Below the pieces are notes generated by a model, which ran no database searches, was not told the DNA's origin, and saw nothing but the letters and a program-made list of their open reading frames with translations. A DNA stretch of 64,000 bases from Anaeromyxobacteraceae bacterium (GTDB taxonomy: Bacteria; Myxococcota; Myxococcia; Myxococcales; Anaeromyxobacteraceae). The DNA lies in assembly GCA_032654565.1 (NCBI GenBank), contig JAULAX010000002.1, forward strand, positions 175,457 through 239,456, written 5' to 3'. The position numbers were made by a program, and so were the translations under genes. Positions 11,810 to 21,618 of the stretch are shown piece by piece (the first letter of the stretch is position 1; the number at the start of each line of letters is the position of its first letter).

Positions 11810-14800
11810 CGGACCACGTAGACCACGGCGGTGCGCGGGGGCACGGTGAAGGTCCCGGTGGCCGAGGCGTAGGCGGCCTGCGTGCGGGGGCGCTGGTCCG
11901 CCGCCGTGGCGCTGTCCTGCACCGGGTGGAGCACCCAGGGCTTGCCGGCCTCCGCGGCCAGCACCAGGTCGTGCGCCACCTTGTCGACGTTGACCAGGTA
12001 GAGCACCTCGGCGAAGCCGGCGCCGGTGTAGCCGGTGCCGTCGAGGTGGCCCGCCATCACCGTGGCCACCTGCCCGGCGCCGCTGTTGGGGAAGGTGAGC
12101 CGCAACTTGACGTCGGCGGCGGTCCGGAGCCGGAAGAGCGTGGAGCTCTTGCGGATGGCCAGCAGGTCGCGGAAGCCGTCACGGGCGAAGGCGATGGCCG
12201 CCCCGTCCGGCCGGAGCGCCGGGGAGGCGAGGAGCGGCTGGATGATCGACCAGTTGGCCCCGTTGTCGCCCTGCATGGGCATGCCGACCCCGAAGTTGTT
12301 GGTGGCGTAGGTCCAGTCGAGCCGGTTGAACCAGTCCCCCGAGTCGTAGCTGTTCCGGTCCATCGACTTGCTGCGGAGCGTGTCGACGCCGGCGTGGAAG
12401 TAGGCGACCCCCTGGCTGAAGGCGTTGAGGGCGACCCCCAGCAGCTGGGACCGGACCCGGTCGTCCATGGTGGTGGCGACCGGCAGCTTGTAGACGTTGA
12501 TGTCGTAGAGGGTCTGGTTGTCGTGGTTCTCGACGTAGTTCACCACCTCGTCGGGCGAGGTCACGTAGCCGGCCGGCTGGCCGTTGTAGTCGATGGCCTC
12601 CAGCGTGGTGGCGGTGCCGTTCCAGGCGGTGAGCGGGAAGGAGCGGATCGAGCCGGCCAGCCCGACCCGGACCATGTCGGCGGCCGAGGCCAGGGCGTCG
12701 GCCGCGGCGGCCCCGGTGGGACCGGTCGGGTTGGGGTCGTAGGAGAGGCCGTTGATGTACCCCTGGTTCTTGACCAGGTCGGCGCCGCCGTCGAACGGGC
12801 TGCCGCCGCGGATCCGGTCGCGGGCCCGGTCGCTGAAGGTGGCGATCCCCGAGCCGTTGAGCGAGAGCTGCGAGGCCTGCTCGAAGCGGGCCCCGCCGGC
12901 CACCTCACCGAAGTTCCAGCCCTCGCCGACCAGCTGGACGGCGCGACCGGTCGTGGCCAGGAGCCGGGCCTTGATGGCCTCCATCACCGAGCGCGGCTGG
13001 TGGCCCATCAGGTCGAAGCGGAAGGAGTCGATCCGGTACTGGGAGGCCCAGGTGACCACCGAGTCGCTCATCAGCTTGGCCATCATGGCGTTCTCGGTGG
13101 CGGTGTTGCTGCAGCAGGTGGACTGCTCCACTGCCCCGGTGGCGTCGAGCCGGTGGTAGTAGCCCGGGACGATCCGGTCGAGCACCGACTTCTCGTCCTG
13201 CCCGTGGCGGGTGGTGTGGTTGTAGACCACGTCCATGCCGACCCGGAGGCCGGCCTGGTGCAGCCCCATCACCATCTGCCGGAACTCCAGCACCCGGGTG
13301 GCGCCGTCGGCGGCGTCGCTGGCGTAGCTCCCCTCCGGCGCCGTGTAGTGGAACGGGTCGTAGCCCCAGTTGAAGCCGTCCTGCCCGGCGATGACCCGGG
13401 TGAACTCCTGCTGCTTGTCGTCGGTCGGGCCGTAGCTGGCCAGGGCCTGGCCCACCGTCTGGCCGGCGAAGGGCACGCAGCGCGAGGAGGCGATGGGCAC
13501 GGTGGCCTTGGTGCACAGGTCGCTGAACAGGGAGGTGAGGTCGATGCGGTCGGCCGGGTTCTCCTTGACGGTGGCGATGTCGAAGACCGGCAGCAGGTGG
13601 ACGTCGGTGATCCCGGCGGTGGCCAGCGCCCGCAGGTGCTTCATCCCGTCGGAGGTGGCGTCGGTGAAGGCCAGGTACTTCCCGCGGTGCGCCGCCGGCA
13701 CGGTGGCGTCGGAGACCGAGAAGTCACGGACGTGCAGCTCGTAGATGGAGAGATCGGTCTGCGCGCCGAGGGCCGGGGGGACCACGGCGGCGTCCCAGCC
13801 GGTGGGGCGGAGCTTCGCCGACGACAGGTCGGCGACGTAGCTGCGCTTCGAGTCGGTGGTCAGGCTGACCGAGTAGGGATCGGTGACCAGGTTCCGCACC
13901 ACGCCCACCCCGCGGACGAAGACCTCGACGGCGTAGGCGTAGTACTTGCCCGAGAGGTCGCCGGTCCGGCTGGCGCTCCAGGTGCCGCGGGCGGCGTCGA
14001 AGCTCATGGCGTCGAGCCCGGTGGCGGCGCCGGTCCCGGTGTCGTAGGTGCAGAGCGAGACCTTGCGCGCCGTCGGGGCCCAGACCTTGAAGGCGGTCGT
14101 GCCGGAGGCCAGGCTGACGCCCAGATCGGTGGTGGCGGCGTTGGCGCTGGCGTAGAGGCCGTCGAGCGCCCCGGCCAGCTGCAGCGTGGTGGCGTTCTGG
14201 ACGACGCCGGCGGAGTCCTCCTGCACCAGCAGCACCTGCTCCTTGAGCAGCGCCGCGACCCCGGCCTGGTCGGCCGCCTTGACGGAGAGGACCACGCCGC
14301 CGGAGAGGAACTTGAAGCGGGTCGCCGCCTCGGCGGGCACGGCGCCGGTGAAGACGTCGAGCGTGAGGGAGCCGTCGCTGCCGGTCACCTTGGTGTCCTT
14401 GGCGGCCACCAGCTGGCCGGTGGCCGAGCGGTAGAGCTTGAAGACCCCGGCGCCGTTCACCTTGGGCCACTTGATCAGCTGCGACGTCAGCCAGGAGGCG
14501 CGGGCGTCGGTGGTGGAGGCGGCGCGCAGGTCGGGCGGCGAGGTGTAGACGGTCCCGTCCTCCTGGGCGATCCAGATCTCGGCCACCTGGGCGGTGGGCG
14601 TCAGCCCGGCGTAGCTGGCCACCAGGTCGCTGCTCCGGCCGTCCTTGTTGTCGACGTTGGTGGCGGGAGGGGGCAGCCCATGGATGACGAAGGTGAGCCC
14701 GGTCCGGGTGGGGTCGGTCAGGGGATTGATCACCGGGATGTCGAAGGTCACCTGCGAGCCGTCCAGCGCCGCGGAGTAGTTGGGCATGGAGGAGAGGGGC

Positions 14801-15444
14801 ACCGGAGCGGACCAGGTGTTGAGGGTCAGGCCGGAGAGCCGGGTGGCGTCGACGCCGCCGGCCGGGAACAGGTGCAGCCCCCAGGTCGAGTAGCTGGAGT
14901 CGAAGCGCAGGTAGTGGACCCGGACGGTGGCGATGTCCTTGGGGCCGGCCCCGGTGGGATCGCTCAGGTAGGTGGTCGGATCGCCGGAGATCCGCCAGAT
15001 CTCGTTGGCGCCCGGCTTGAGCGTGTAGCTCTGGTCGGTGGGGAGGTCCTTGGTGTCCCCCATGTGGATGATGTAGCCGACGGTCCCCGAGGCGGCGACG
15101 ATGGTGGGCCTGAAGACGACGCCGAAGGCGTCGGTGGAGACCTGGGGATAGCCGACGCTCCAGCCCATGTCCTGCGCCGCGCCCCAGGCGTGCAGCACCC
15201 AGCCGGTGTAGATGCCGTCCGCCCGCTTGTAGTGGATGGTCAGCGTCGGCAGGGCGCCGCCGCCCCCGCCGCCCGGCGTGGCGACGGCGTTGAGCGTCAC
15301 CATGACGTTCCCGTCGCAGGCGCTCAGGTCCGGCCCAGGGGGGGAGGTGCTGGAGCTGGAGCAGCCGCCGAGCAGGGCGGCCAGCGTGACGGCGAGGAGG
15401 GCGCGGGAGGGGGTGGTGGTCACGGCGTGGCGGGGCTGGGTCAC
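11806..15444 (-). CDS. pulA: Lipoprotein pullulanase / alpha-1,6-glucosidase (GH13, Klebsiella PulA-like) with N-terminal CBM41-like modules
   Basis: Lipobox LLGGC. Two IHYxRxDxxYxxWxLHxW-type modules, FKVWAPTA, IYELHVRDFS, FNWGYDP, DVVYNH, FRFDLMG, GEGWNFG, YVENHDNQT, RSKSMDRNSYDSGDWFN. Confidence 0.93.
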   Translation of the reverse strand: MTQPRHAVTTTPSRALLAVTLAALLGGCSSSSTSPPGPDLSACDGNVMVTLNAVATPGGGGGGALPTLTIHYKRADGIYTGWVLHAWGAAQDMGWSVGYPQVSTDAFGVVFRPTIVAASGTVGYIIHMGDTKDLPTDQSYTLKPGANEIWRISGDPTTYLSDPTGAGPKDIATVRVHYLRFDSSYSTWGLHLFPAGGVDATRLSGLTLNTWSAPVPLSSMPNYSAALDGSQVTFDIPVINPLTDPTRTGLTFVIHGLPPPATNVDNKDGRSSDLVASYAGLTPTAQVAEIWIAQEDGTVYTSPPDLRAASTTDARASWLTSQLIKWPKVNGAGVFKLYRSATGQLVAAKDTKVTGSDGSLTLDVFTGAVPAEAATRFKFLSGGVVLSVKAADQAGVAALLKEQVLLVQEDSAGVVQNATTLQLAGALDGLYASANAATTDLGVSLASGTTAFKVWAPTARKVSLCTYDTGTGAATGLDAMSFDAARGTWSASRTGDLSGKYYAYAVEVFVRGVGVVRNLVTDPYSVSLTTDSKRSYVADLSSAKLRPTGWDAAVVPPALGAQTDLSIYELHVRDFSVSDATVPAAHRGKYLAFTDATSDGMKHLRALATAGITDVHLLPVFDIATVKENPADRIDLTSLFSDLCTKATVPIASSRCVPFAGQTVGQALASYGPTDDKQQEFTRVIAGQDGFNWGYDPFHYTAPEGSYASDAADGATRVLEFRQMVMGLHQAGLRVGMDVVYNHTTRHGQDEKSVLDRIVPGYYHRLDATGAVEQSTCCSNTATENAMMAKLMSDSVVTWASQYRIDSFRFDLMGHQPRSVMEAIKARLLATTGRAVQLVGEGWNFGEVAGGARFEQASQLSLNGSGIATFSDRARDRIRGGSPFDGGADLVKNQGYINGLSYDPNPTGPTGAAAADALASAADMVRVGLAGSIRSFPLTAWNGTATTLEAIDYNGQPAGYVTSPDEVVNYVENHDNQTLYDINVYKLPVATTMDDRVRSQLLGVALNAFSQGVAYFHAGVDTLRSKSMDRNSYDSGDWFNRLDWTYATNNFGVGMPMQGDNGANWSIIQPLLASPALRPDGAAIAFARDGFRDLLAIRKSSTLFRLRTAADVKLRLTFPNSGAGQVATVMAGHLDGTGYTGAGFAEVLYLVNVDKVAHDLVLAAEAGKPWVLHPVQDSATAADQRPRTQAAYASATGTFTVPPRTAVVYVVR

Positions 15445-15530
15445 GGGGCTGTCCTCTGGTGTCGCTGCGTTGGTCCGGTGTGCATGTCTAATTGCCTGGG
15501 GCGAGTTGCGCCCGCTGGCGAGGAGGCGCG

Positions 15531-16730
15531 TCAGGCCGCCCGAACGCCATTCCCGTGGGAGCGGGCCAGCGGGTGGAGCGCCTGGTGCAGGACGCTGCCG
15601 GCGGCTCCCACGGCGGCGGCGTTGAGGCCGAAGCGGCAGACCCTGACCTCGGTGCGGTGGTAGGGCAGCTCCCCGGTCAGCCGCTGCAACTCGGCGATGG
15701 CCACGTCCACCAGCCCCTGGAGCCGGCTCAGCGTCCCGCCCAGGATCAGCACCTCGGGGTTGATGGTCACCACCAGGTTCTGGAGGACCAGGCCGAGGTG
15801 CTCGCCGGCCTCGCGGACCACCCGCCGCATGGTGGCGTCGCCCCGGTCGAGCAGCGCCACCAGCTCCGAGACGCGGAGCACCGGGGTCTCCTGGCCGGTG
15901 GCCTGCCGGCTGATCACCTTCTGCGAGAGGATGGTCTCGGCGCAGCCGCGGCGACCGCAGGCGCAGCGGGTGCCGTCCACCTTGAGGATGGTGTGGCCCA
16001 CCTCGCCGGCCAGGCCGTCGAACCCGACGTGCAGGCCTCCCTCGAGCACGATGCCGGCGCCGACGCCGTAGCCGAGGCTGAGGAAGACCAGCGAGCCGAC
16101 CGCGGGCCCGGTCCCGAAGACGTACTCGCTGAGCGCCGCGGCGTTGGCGTCGTTGAGCACCTGGACCGGCATGTCGCCGGCGCGCCGCTCCAGCAGCGCG
16201 GCGCCCAGCAGGTCGCCGAAGGGGACGTCACGCCAGCCGATGCTGGGGGCCAGCCGGAGGAAGCCCTCGGTGTCCACCATCCCGGCCACCGCCACGCCGG
16301 CGCCGAGGACCTTGCGCTTCCCGGCCAGGACCGCGGCCCGGGCCTCGGCGACCAGCCCGGCGGTGTCGCGGATCGACTGCCCCTGGTCGACGTGGCGGTA
16401 GTCGATCCTCCTGGAGAAGAGCACCTCCCCCTGGAGACCGCAGGCCACGGCGTTGATGAAGTCGTCCCCCACCTCGGCGCCGACCAGGGCCAGCCGGGTG
16501 GAGTCGAGGTCGAGCGCCTTGGGCCGGCGTCCCAGGGCCCCCGTCCCGCGGGACCCCTCCTGGCGGAGCCAGCCGTCCTCGATCAGCTCTCCCACCAGGA
16601 CCGAGACGGTCGATTCGGCGAGCCCGATCAGCTCCGCCAGCTCGCCCCGGGCCAGCCCTGGCCTGGCCTTGACGTGCCGGACGATGGCCATCCGGTTCAG
16701 TCTCTTCAGCATGCGCTGGGAGCCGGCCAT
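15531..16730 (-). CDS. ROK family transcriptional repressor (NagC/XylR-like)
   Basis: N-terminal wHTH (LARGELAELIGLAESTVSVLVGELI...GRRP), NDANAAALSE, GEVGH, CACGRRGCAE zinc motif. Confidence 0.95.
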   Translation of the reverse strand: MAGSQRMLKRLNRMAIVRHVKARPGLARGELAELIGLAESTVSVLVGELIEDGWLRQEGSRGTGALGRRPKALDLDSTRLALVGAEVGDDFINAVACGLQGEVLFSRRIDYRHVDQGQSIRDTAGLVAEARAAVLAGKRKVLGAGVAVAGMVDTEGFLRLAPSIGWRDVPFGDLLGAALLERRAGDMPVQVLNDANAAALSEYVFGTGPAVGSLVFLSLGYGVGAGIVLEGGLHVGFDGLAGEVGHTILKVDGTRCACGRRGCAETILSQKVISRQATGQETPVLRVSELVALLDRGDATMRRVVREAGEHLGLVLQNLVVTINPEVLILGGTLSRLQGLVDVAIAELQRLTGELPYHRTEVRVCRFGLNAAAVGAAGSVLHQALHPLARSHGNGVRAA

Positions 16731-16944
16731 CCCTTATCTTCCCCTTGCCACCCCCTCGACGGAAGGGGGGATGCTGGACGGGACCACTGGTCAGATGCTC
16801 TGCAAGTTACTGAAATTGCTAGATTACCGGATGATACATGGATCCGACGACCACCGGCGGCGTTCGCATGGGGCTGTGACCCCATGGGCCCTACCAGCGG
16901 CGCCGCGAGATGCTACGACCACTTCCACCTAGTCCTTTTCTATA

Positions 16945-16965
16945 AATTCGACCATACTCCGAATT
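16945..16965. promoter_or_regulatory. Candidate ROK operator (AATTCG-N9-CGAATT) in the divergent intergenic region
   Basis: Perfect 6-bp inverted repeat in an AT-rich patch, flanked by a second CTAGTC/GACTAG inverted pair. Confidence 0.55.
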
Positions 16966-17063
16966 ATCCAGACTAGGAAGTCCAAGTGAAGGACCGTGAG
17001 CGATGCCTGCGCACATGGGAGGCCGATGTCGGTGGACGTGACGAGCGGGCCCGGAGGCCATCG

Positions 17064-18728
17064 ATGCTGGTGAAGCCACCCACGGTGCGGCTCGCCGGCC
17101 TGGTCGCGGCCGCGCTGCTGGCCTGCGCCTGCGGCGGCTCCAGCACGCCGCCGGGCCCCACCATCACCCCCAACACCCAGGGGTGGTGGCGCAGCCAGGT
17201 CGGCTACGAGCTCTTCGTCCGCAGCTTCGCCGACTCCGACGGGGACGGCACAGGCGACTTCCGGGGGCTGACCGCCCACCTCGACGCCCTCAACGACGGG
17301 AAGGGGCCGGCCAGCACCAACTCGCTGGGGGTCGACTTCGTCTGGCTGATGCCGGTCTTCCCGTCGCCCAGCTACCACGGGTACGACGTGTCCGACTACC
17401 GGTCCATCAACCCCGACTACGGCACCCTCGACGACTTCAAGGCCTTCGTGGCGGCCGCCCACCAGCGCGGCATCAAGGTGGTGCTGGACATGGTGCTGAA
17501 CCACTCCTCGTCGCTGCACCCGTGGTTCGTCTCCTCCCGCCTGGGGCCGGTCTCCGCCACCTCCGGCTGGTACGTCTGGCGGCCGGTCGACCCGGGCTGG
17601 CTGAGCCCGGTGGGAAGCGGCAACGCCTTCCGCTACGCCGGCCCCGCTCCCGGCTATTACTACGCGGTCTTCGGCGCCGACATGCCCGACCTCAACCTGC
17701 TCAACCCGGCCGTGGAGCAGGAGCTGGTCGACTCCATGAAGTACTGGCTGTCGCTCGGCGTCGACGGCTTCCGGCTCGACGCCGTCCGCTACTTCGTCGA
17801 GGGGCCCGGGGGCAACTTCAACGACCTGGTGGACCAGCCCGGCACCCACGCCTTCCTCCGGCGCATCCGCGCCGCGCTCCAGGCCACCTACCCGAACACC
17901 CTGCTGGTCGCCGAGGCCTGGGCCATGCCGGAGGTGACCGCCAGCTACTACGGCGCCGGCGACGAGGCCCAGCTGGCCTTCTCCTTCGACCTGTCGACCG
18001 GGATCCTCGACGCCTCGCAGTCGGGGAGCACGGTCGGGCTGGTCACCGCCCTCGCCCGCTTCGAGGCGGCGCTGGCCGGCAAGGACCGCGGCTTCGAGGC
18101 CCCCATCGTCTCCAACCACGACATCGGCCGGGCCATGCGACGGCTCTCCGGCCAGGTCCCCCAGGCGCGCCTGGCCACCGCCACGCTGCTGGCCATGCCC
18201 GGCACCCCGTTCATCTACTACGGGGACGAGATCGGCATGCAGGGGGGGGACAGCGATCCGCAGAAGCGCACCCCGTACCACTGGAACGCCACCGGCCCCG
18301 GCTACGGCTTCACCACCAGGGCCACCACCTGGTACGAGGACCGCAACGGCGTGGCCCGGCCGGTCGAGGCGGCCGGGGTCGACCTGGAGTCGCAGCGCGC
18401 CGACCCGGCCTCGCTCTGGAACCTGCACCGCTCGCTCATCGCGCTGCGCCACGCCCAGGCCCCGCTGGCCACCGGCGACGCCACCCGGCCGGCGGTCACC
18501 GGGGGCGGCGCCGGCGCCTTCGCCCTGCTCCGGACCGCCGCCGGGAAGCGGGTCCTCTTCGTGGCCAACTACGCCGTCGCCGCCAGCGGCCCCTTCACCG
18601 TGGCCGTGGCCGGCACGCCGGGGGTCCTGCTCGACGGCGGCCTGAGCGGCGCGCCCACCCTCGCCGCCGGCGCGCTCACCTTCCCCGGACTGGCCGGCCA
18701 GTCCTTCGCCTTCCTGTCGCTCGACTGA
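17064..18728 (+). CDS. Lipoprotein alpha-amylase (GH13)
   Basis: Lipobox LLACAC. YELFVRSFADSDGDGTGD, SYHGYD, DMVLNH, GVDGFRLDAV (nucleophile), LVAEAW (acid/base), SNHD, YYGDEIGM. Confidence 0.93.
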   Translation: MLVKPPTVRLAGLVAAALLACACGGSSTPPGPTITPNTQGWWRSQVGYELFVRSFADSDGDGTGDFRGLTAHLDALNDGKGPASTNSLGVDFVWLMPVFPSPSYHGYDVSDYRSINPDYGTLDDFKAFVAAAHQRGIKVVLDMVLNHSSSLHPWFVSSRLGPVSATSGWYVWRPVDPGWLSPVGSGNAFRYAGPAPGYYYAVFGADMPDLNLLNPAVEQELVDSMKYWLSLGVDGFRLDAVRYFVEGPGGNFNDLVDQPGTHAFLRRIRAALQATYPNTLLVAEAWAMPEVTASYYGAGDEAQLAFSFDLSTGILDASQSGSTVGLVTALARFEAALAGKDRGFEAPIVSNHDIGRAMRRLSGQVPQARLATATLLAMPGTPFIYYGDEIGMQGGDSDPQKRTPYHWNATGPGYGFTTRATTWYEDRNGVARPVEAAGVDLESQRADPASLWNLHRSLIALRHAQAPLATGDATRPAVTGGGAGAFALLRTAAGKRVLFVANYAVAASGPFTVAVAGTPGVLLDGGLSGAPTLAAGALTFPGLAGQSFAFLSLD

Positions 18729-18754
18729 ACCAACCGATCGCCCTGGAGCCCCGC

Positions 18755-19612
18755 ATGGTCACGCCCCTCCGCCCCCTCCTCGCCGCCCTGGCCCTCCTCG
18801 GCCCCGCCGCCACCCTGGCCGTCGACCCGGCCGCCACCTGCGACGCCAAGGGTGGCTTCAAGTTCACCGACCCGGCCGGCGACGACAAGGGGCCGGGCAC
18901 CTACGTCTACCCGACCGACGCCGTCTACAAGCCCGGCTCCTTCGACCTCACCGAGCTCGAGGTGGTGCCGCGCGGCGACCAGGTCGAGTTCCGCATCACC
19001 GTCAAGTCGCGCATCGAGGACCCCTGGGACAGCGCCGCCTGGGGCGGCAACGGCTTCTCGGTGCAGATGGCCGCCATCCACATCGACACCGATCACGTGA
19101 AGGGCAGCGGCGTCCGCGACGGCCTGCCCGGCTTCAACGTGCGCTTCGCCGAGGAGGAGGCCTGGGACAAGGTGGTCATCGTCTCCCCCCAGGGGCCGAC
19201 CCGGGTGAACTCGGAGGTCGACTCGAAGTGCCCGCAGTGGAAGGACCGGATCGTGGTCCCCAAGATCACCCGCGCCCAGGGCCGGACGCTGGTGGCCACC
19301 GTCGACGCCAAGCAGCTGGGCGGCACGCCGCAGCCGGGCTGGGGCTACCAGGTGCTCATGCAGTCGAACGAGGGCTTCCCGGCCAAGACCGACCTGCTCA
19401 CCCGCAAGGTGAACGAGTCCGAGGGACAGCACCGCTTCGGCGGCGGCACCGACTACGACAACGACCCGCACGTCCTCGACCTCATCGTGCCCGGGGGCGG
19501 CGACGCGGCCAAGAAGCAGTACGAGCTCCTCTCCAAGTACAACAAGACCACCACCGAGCCGAAGCCCGAGGACCTGGCGGTGGTGCCGATGGTCTACCCG
19601 TGCGCCAAGTGA
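18755..19612 (+). CDS. Secreted glucodextranase-type DOMON-like domain protein
   Basis: Signal peptide. FTDPAGDDKGPGTYVYPT..YKPGSFDL...IEDPW....GFSVQ...IHIDT matches the DOMON-like module of glucodextranases/amylopullulanases. Confidence 0.8.
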   Translation: MVTPLRPLLAALALLGPAATLAVDPAATCDAKGGFKFTDPAGDDKGPGTYVYPTDAVYKPGSFDLTELEVVPRGDQVEFRITVKSRIEDPWDSAAWGGNGFSVQMAAIHIDTDHVKGSGVRDGLPGFNVRFAEEEAWDKVVIVSPQGPTRVNSEVDSKCPQWKDRIVVPKITRAQGRTLVATVDAKQLGGTPQPGWGYQVLMQSNEGFPAKTDLLTRKVNESEGQHRFGGGTDYDNDPHVLDLIVPGGGDAAKKQYELLSKYNKTTTEPKPEDLAVVPMVYPCAK

Positions 19613-19620
19613 GGGCCGCC

Positions 19621-21618
19621 ATGACGAGCGCTTGGAGACTGGGGCTGCTGGCGGGGACCACCGGGCTCGCCCTGGCGGCCGCGCCGGCCCGTGCCGACAC
19701 CGTCAACTTCGACCTGAGCGGCAAGATCTACACGAAGTACATGTACAAGAACGACAACACCCAGGGCTGCCTGTCGATGTCCAACCCGTTCTGGGTGGAC
19801 AACATCCAGGGGTCCAACGGCGCCTGCACCGAGTTCGAGCTGACCATGAAGGCCCGGGTGGGGCCGAAGGTGAGCGCCGGCGTCCGGCTGCAGAGCCGCT
19901 GGGGCATGATGTGGCAGGACTGGTGGGAGAACGGCGACATGAAGCCGGGCGTCTCCGACACCTCCGGCGAGAGCCTGGGCATGAACCACGCCCAGTACAT
20001 CAAGCTCCGCGGCGCCTACGCGCGGCTGGCGCCGCCCATCCCCACCGTGAAGTGGATCACCATCGGCTCCACCGACTACTCGATGTGGAACGAGTGGACC
20101 ATCGGCAAGGCCCGCTACATCGACCGGGACAACGGCAGCGGCGTCTTCGTCGAGGGTGAGCTGCTCCCGGCGAAGCGGCTCTCCTACACCACCGGCGCCA
20201 TGGCCCTCCCCAAGCTCTGGGCCGGTCCGGGCTGGCAGACCGGCATCCCCGGCGACGCCAGCGGCGGCGGCGGCGACACCAAGGCCGGCCTCTACGGGAC
20301 CGACTGGGCCTTCGCGGCCAAGCTGGAGAGCCAGGTCAGCGACGACCTCCGGCTCAAGCTCATCGGCAGCCTGATCCAGGACTGGGAGGCCGACCGGAAC
20401 AGCCCCTTCCTCACCACCGGACCGTCCAGCGCGGCGCGCGGCGCCGATCACTCGGTGGCGCTCGCCACCCGCTTCCGCGGCGTCAACGCCACGCTCGACG
20501 GCGCCTGGACCCCCGGCTCACTGGAGTTCCTCTCCATCTCCGGCCTGGCGGCCTACTCCTCCAACTACGTCAACCCCGACTACGCCACCAACATGGTCCG
20601 CAACGGCCAGGGCTTCTCCCCGGTGGTCTTCAAGGTCGACGGAAGGGGCCAGGCGGTGGCCTCCAACGGCGCGGCCGGCAAGCTGCTGGTCGAGCTCTTC
20701 GACCCGCTGCGGAACGGCCTCTCCGCCAAGGTCGAGGGCTTCTACATCGGGTCCGAGTACAACGCCATCATGGGGGCCCGGCGTGAGGCCGACGTGCTCC
20801 TCACCGACGGCATCATCACCGGCGGCTTCACCCGCGGCGGCCAGCTGCCCACCCTCAACGTCGCCAACGAGTTCCAGGACTGGGACGAGCCCTGGTACGA
20901 GACCTGTATCGGCTGGCAGGGCGCGACGGTGCTGCTGGAGTACGTCAGCGGCGGCCTCAAGACCACGCTCGAGGGCACCGCCATCGGCTACAACACCAAC
21001 AAGCAGAACCGGGACGTCAGCAACCAGTACCCGGACTTCCTCTACCCGAACGGCTTCACCGACACCACGGCGTACACGGCCGACGCCGACTACGCCAACA
21101 AGTACGCCCGCGGCAAGGATCCCCGCAGCGTCTACGCCCGCTTCCAGGATCGCTTCACCTCCCTCGCCGTCCTCAACGCCCAGTACGCCGTCTCCGCCCC
21201 GGGGAACCCGGTGCTGAGCGGGAAGGCCAAGTACGTCCACGACTCCGACGGCCGCAACAAGGCCTTCGTCGACCCGGGCACCGGCCAGGTGACGCCCAAG
21301 GGCGACGACTACCTGGGCAAGGCGCTGATGTTCATGCTGGCGGCCACCGTGCAGCCCACCAGCGAGCTCAAGCTCTCGGCGGGCTACGAGTACAGCACCT
21401 GGACCGAGAAGAACCGGGTCGGGTCGCAGTCGGCCGGTTACTACGACGACGACACCCGGCGCCACACCGTCCACGCCGGCCTGAACTACGCCTTCGGCGG
21501 CGCGCTGCTCGGCTACTCCCTGGAGTACTTCCACAAGAACCTGCTCCGGCAGGCCCCCAACTACGACATGGTCTGGAACGTCTGGCGCTCGAAGGCCACG
21601 TTCGAGGTGGCATGGTGA
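19621..21618 (+). CDS. Putative outer-membrane beta-barrel protein (candidate maltodextrin channel)
   Basis: Sec signal (APARA|DT), many alternating amphipathic strands (LKLSAGYEYS, VHAGLNYAF, LLGYSLEYF), aromatic-rich loops, C-terminal KATFEVAW Bam-type signal. Confidence 0.75.
   Translation: MTSAWRLGLLAGTTGLALAAAPARADTVNFDLSGKIYTKYMYKNDNTQGCLSMSNPFWVDNIQGSNGACTEFELTMKARVGPKVSAGVRLQSRWGMMWQDWWENGDMKPGVSDTSGESLGMNHAQYIKLRGAYARLAPPIPTVKWITIGSTDYSMWNEWTIGKARYIDRDNGSGVFVEGELLPAKRLSYTTGAMALPKLWAGPGWQTGIPGDASGGGGDTKAGLYGTDWAFAAKLESQVSDDLRLKLIGSLIQDWEADRNSPFLTTGPSSAARGADHSVALATRFRGVNATLDGAWTPGSLEFLSISGLAAYSSNYVNPDYATNMVRNGQGFSPVVFKVDGRGQAVASNGAAGKLLVELFDPLRNGLSAKVEGFYIGSEYNAIMGARREADVLLTDGIITGGFTRGGQLPTLNVANEFQDWDEPWYETCIGWQGATVLLEYVSGGLKTTLEGTAIGYNTNKQNRDVSNQYPDFLYPNGFTDTTAYTADADYANKYARGKDPRSVYARFQDRFTSLAVLNAQYAVSAPGNPVLSGKAKYVHDSDGRNKAFVDPGTGQVTPKGDDYLGKALMFMLAATVQPTSELKLSAGYEYSTWTEKNRVGSQSAGYYDDDTRRHTVHAGLNYAFGGALLGYSLEYFHKNLLRQAPNYDMVWNVWRSKATFEVAW

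Noticed and set aside
11926..15663. 1245-aa plus-strand ORF opposite the pullulanase
   Set aside because: Antisense shadow caused by stop-codon scarcity in GC-rich codon usage.
19621..21618. SusC/TonB-dependent receptor or LamB assignment for the barrel
   Set aside because: No recognisable plug, TonB box or LamB signature by eye, and no susD; left unassigned pending a structure search.
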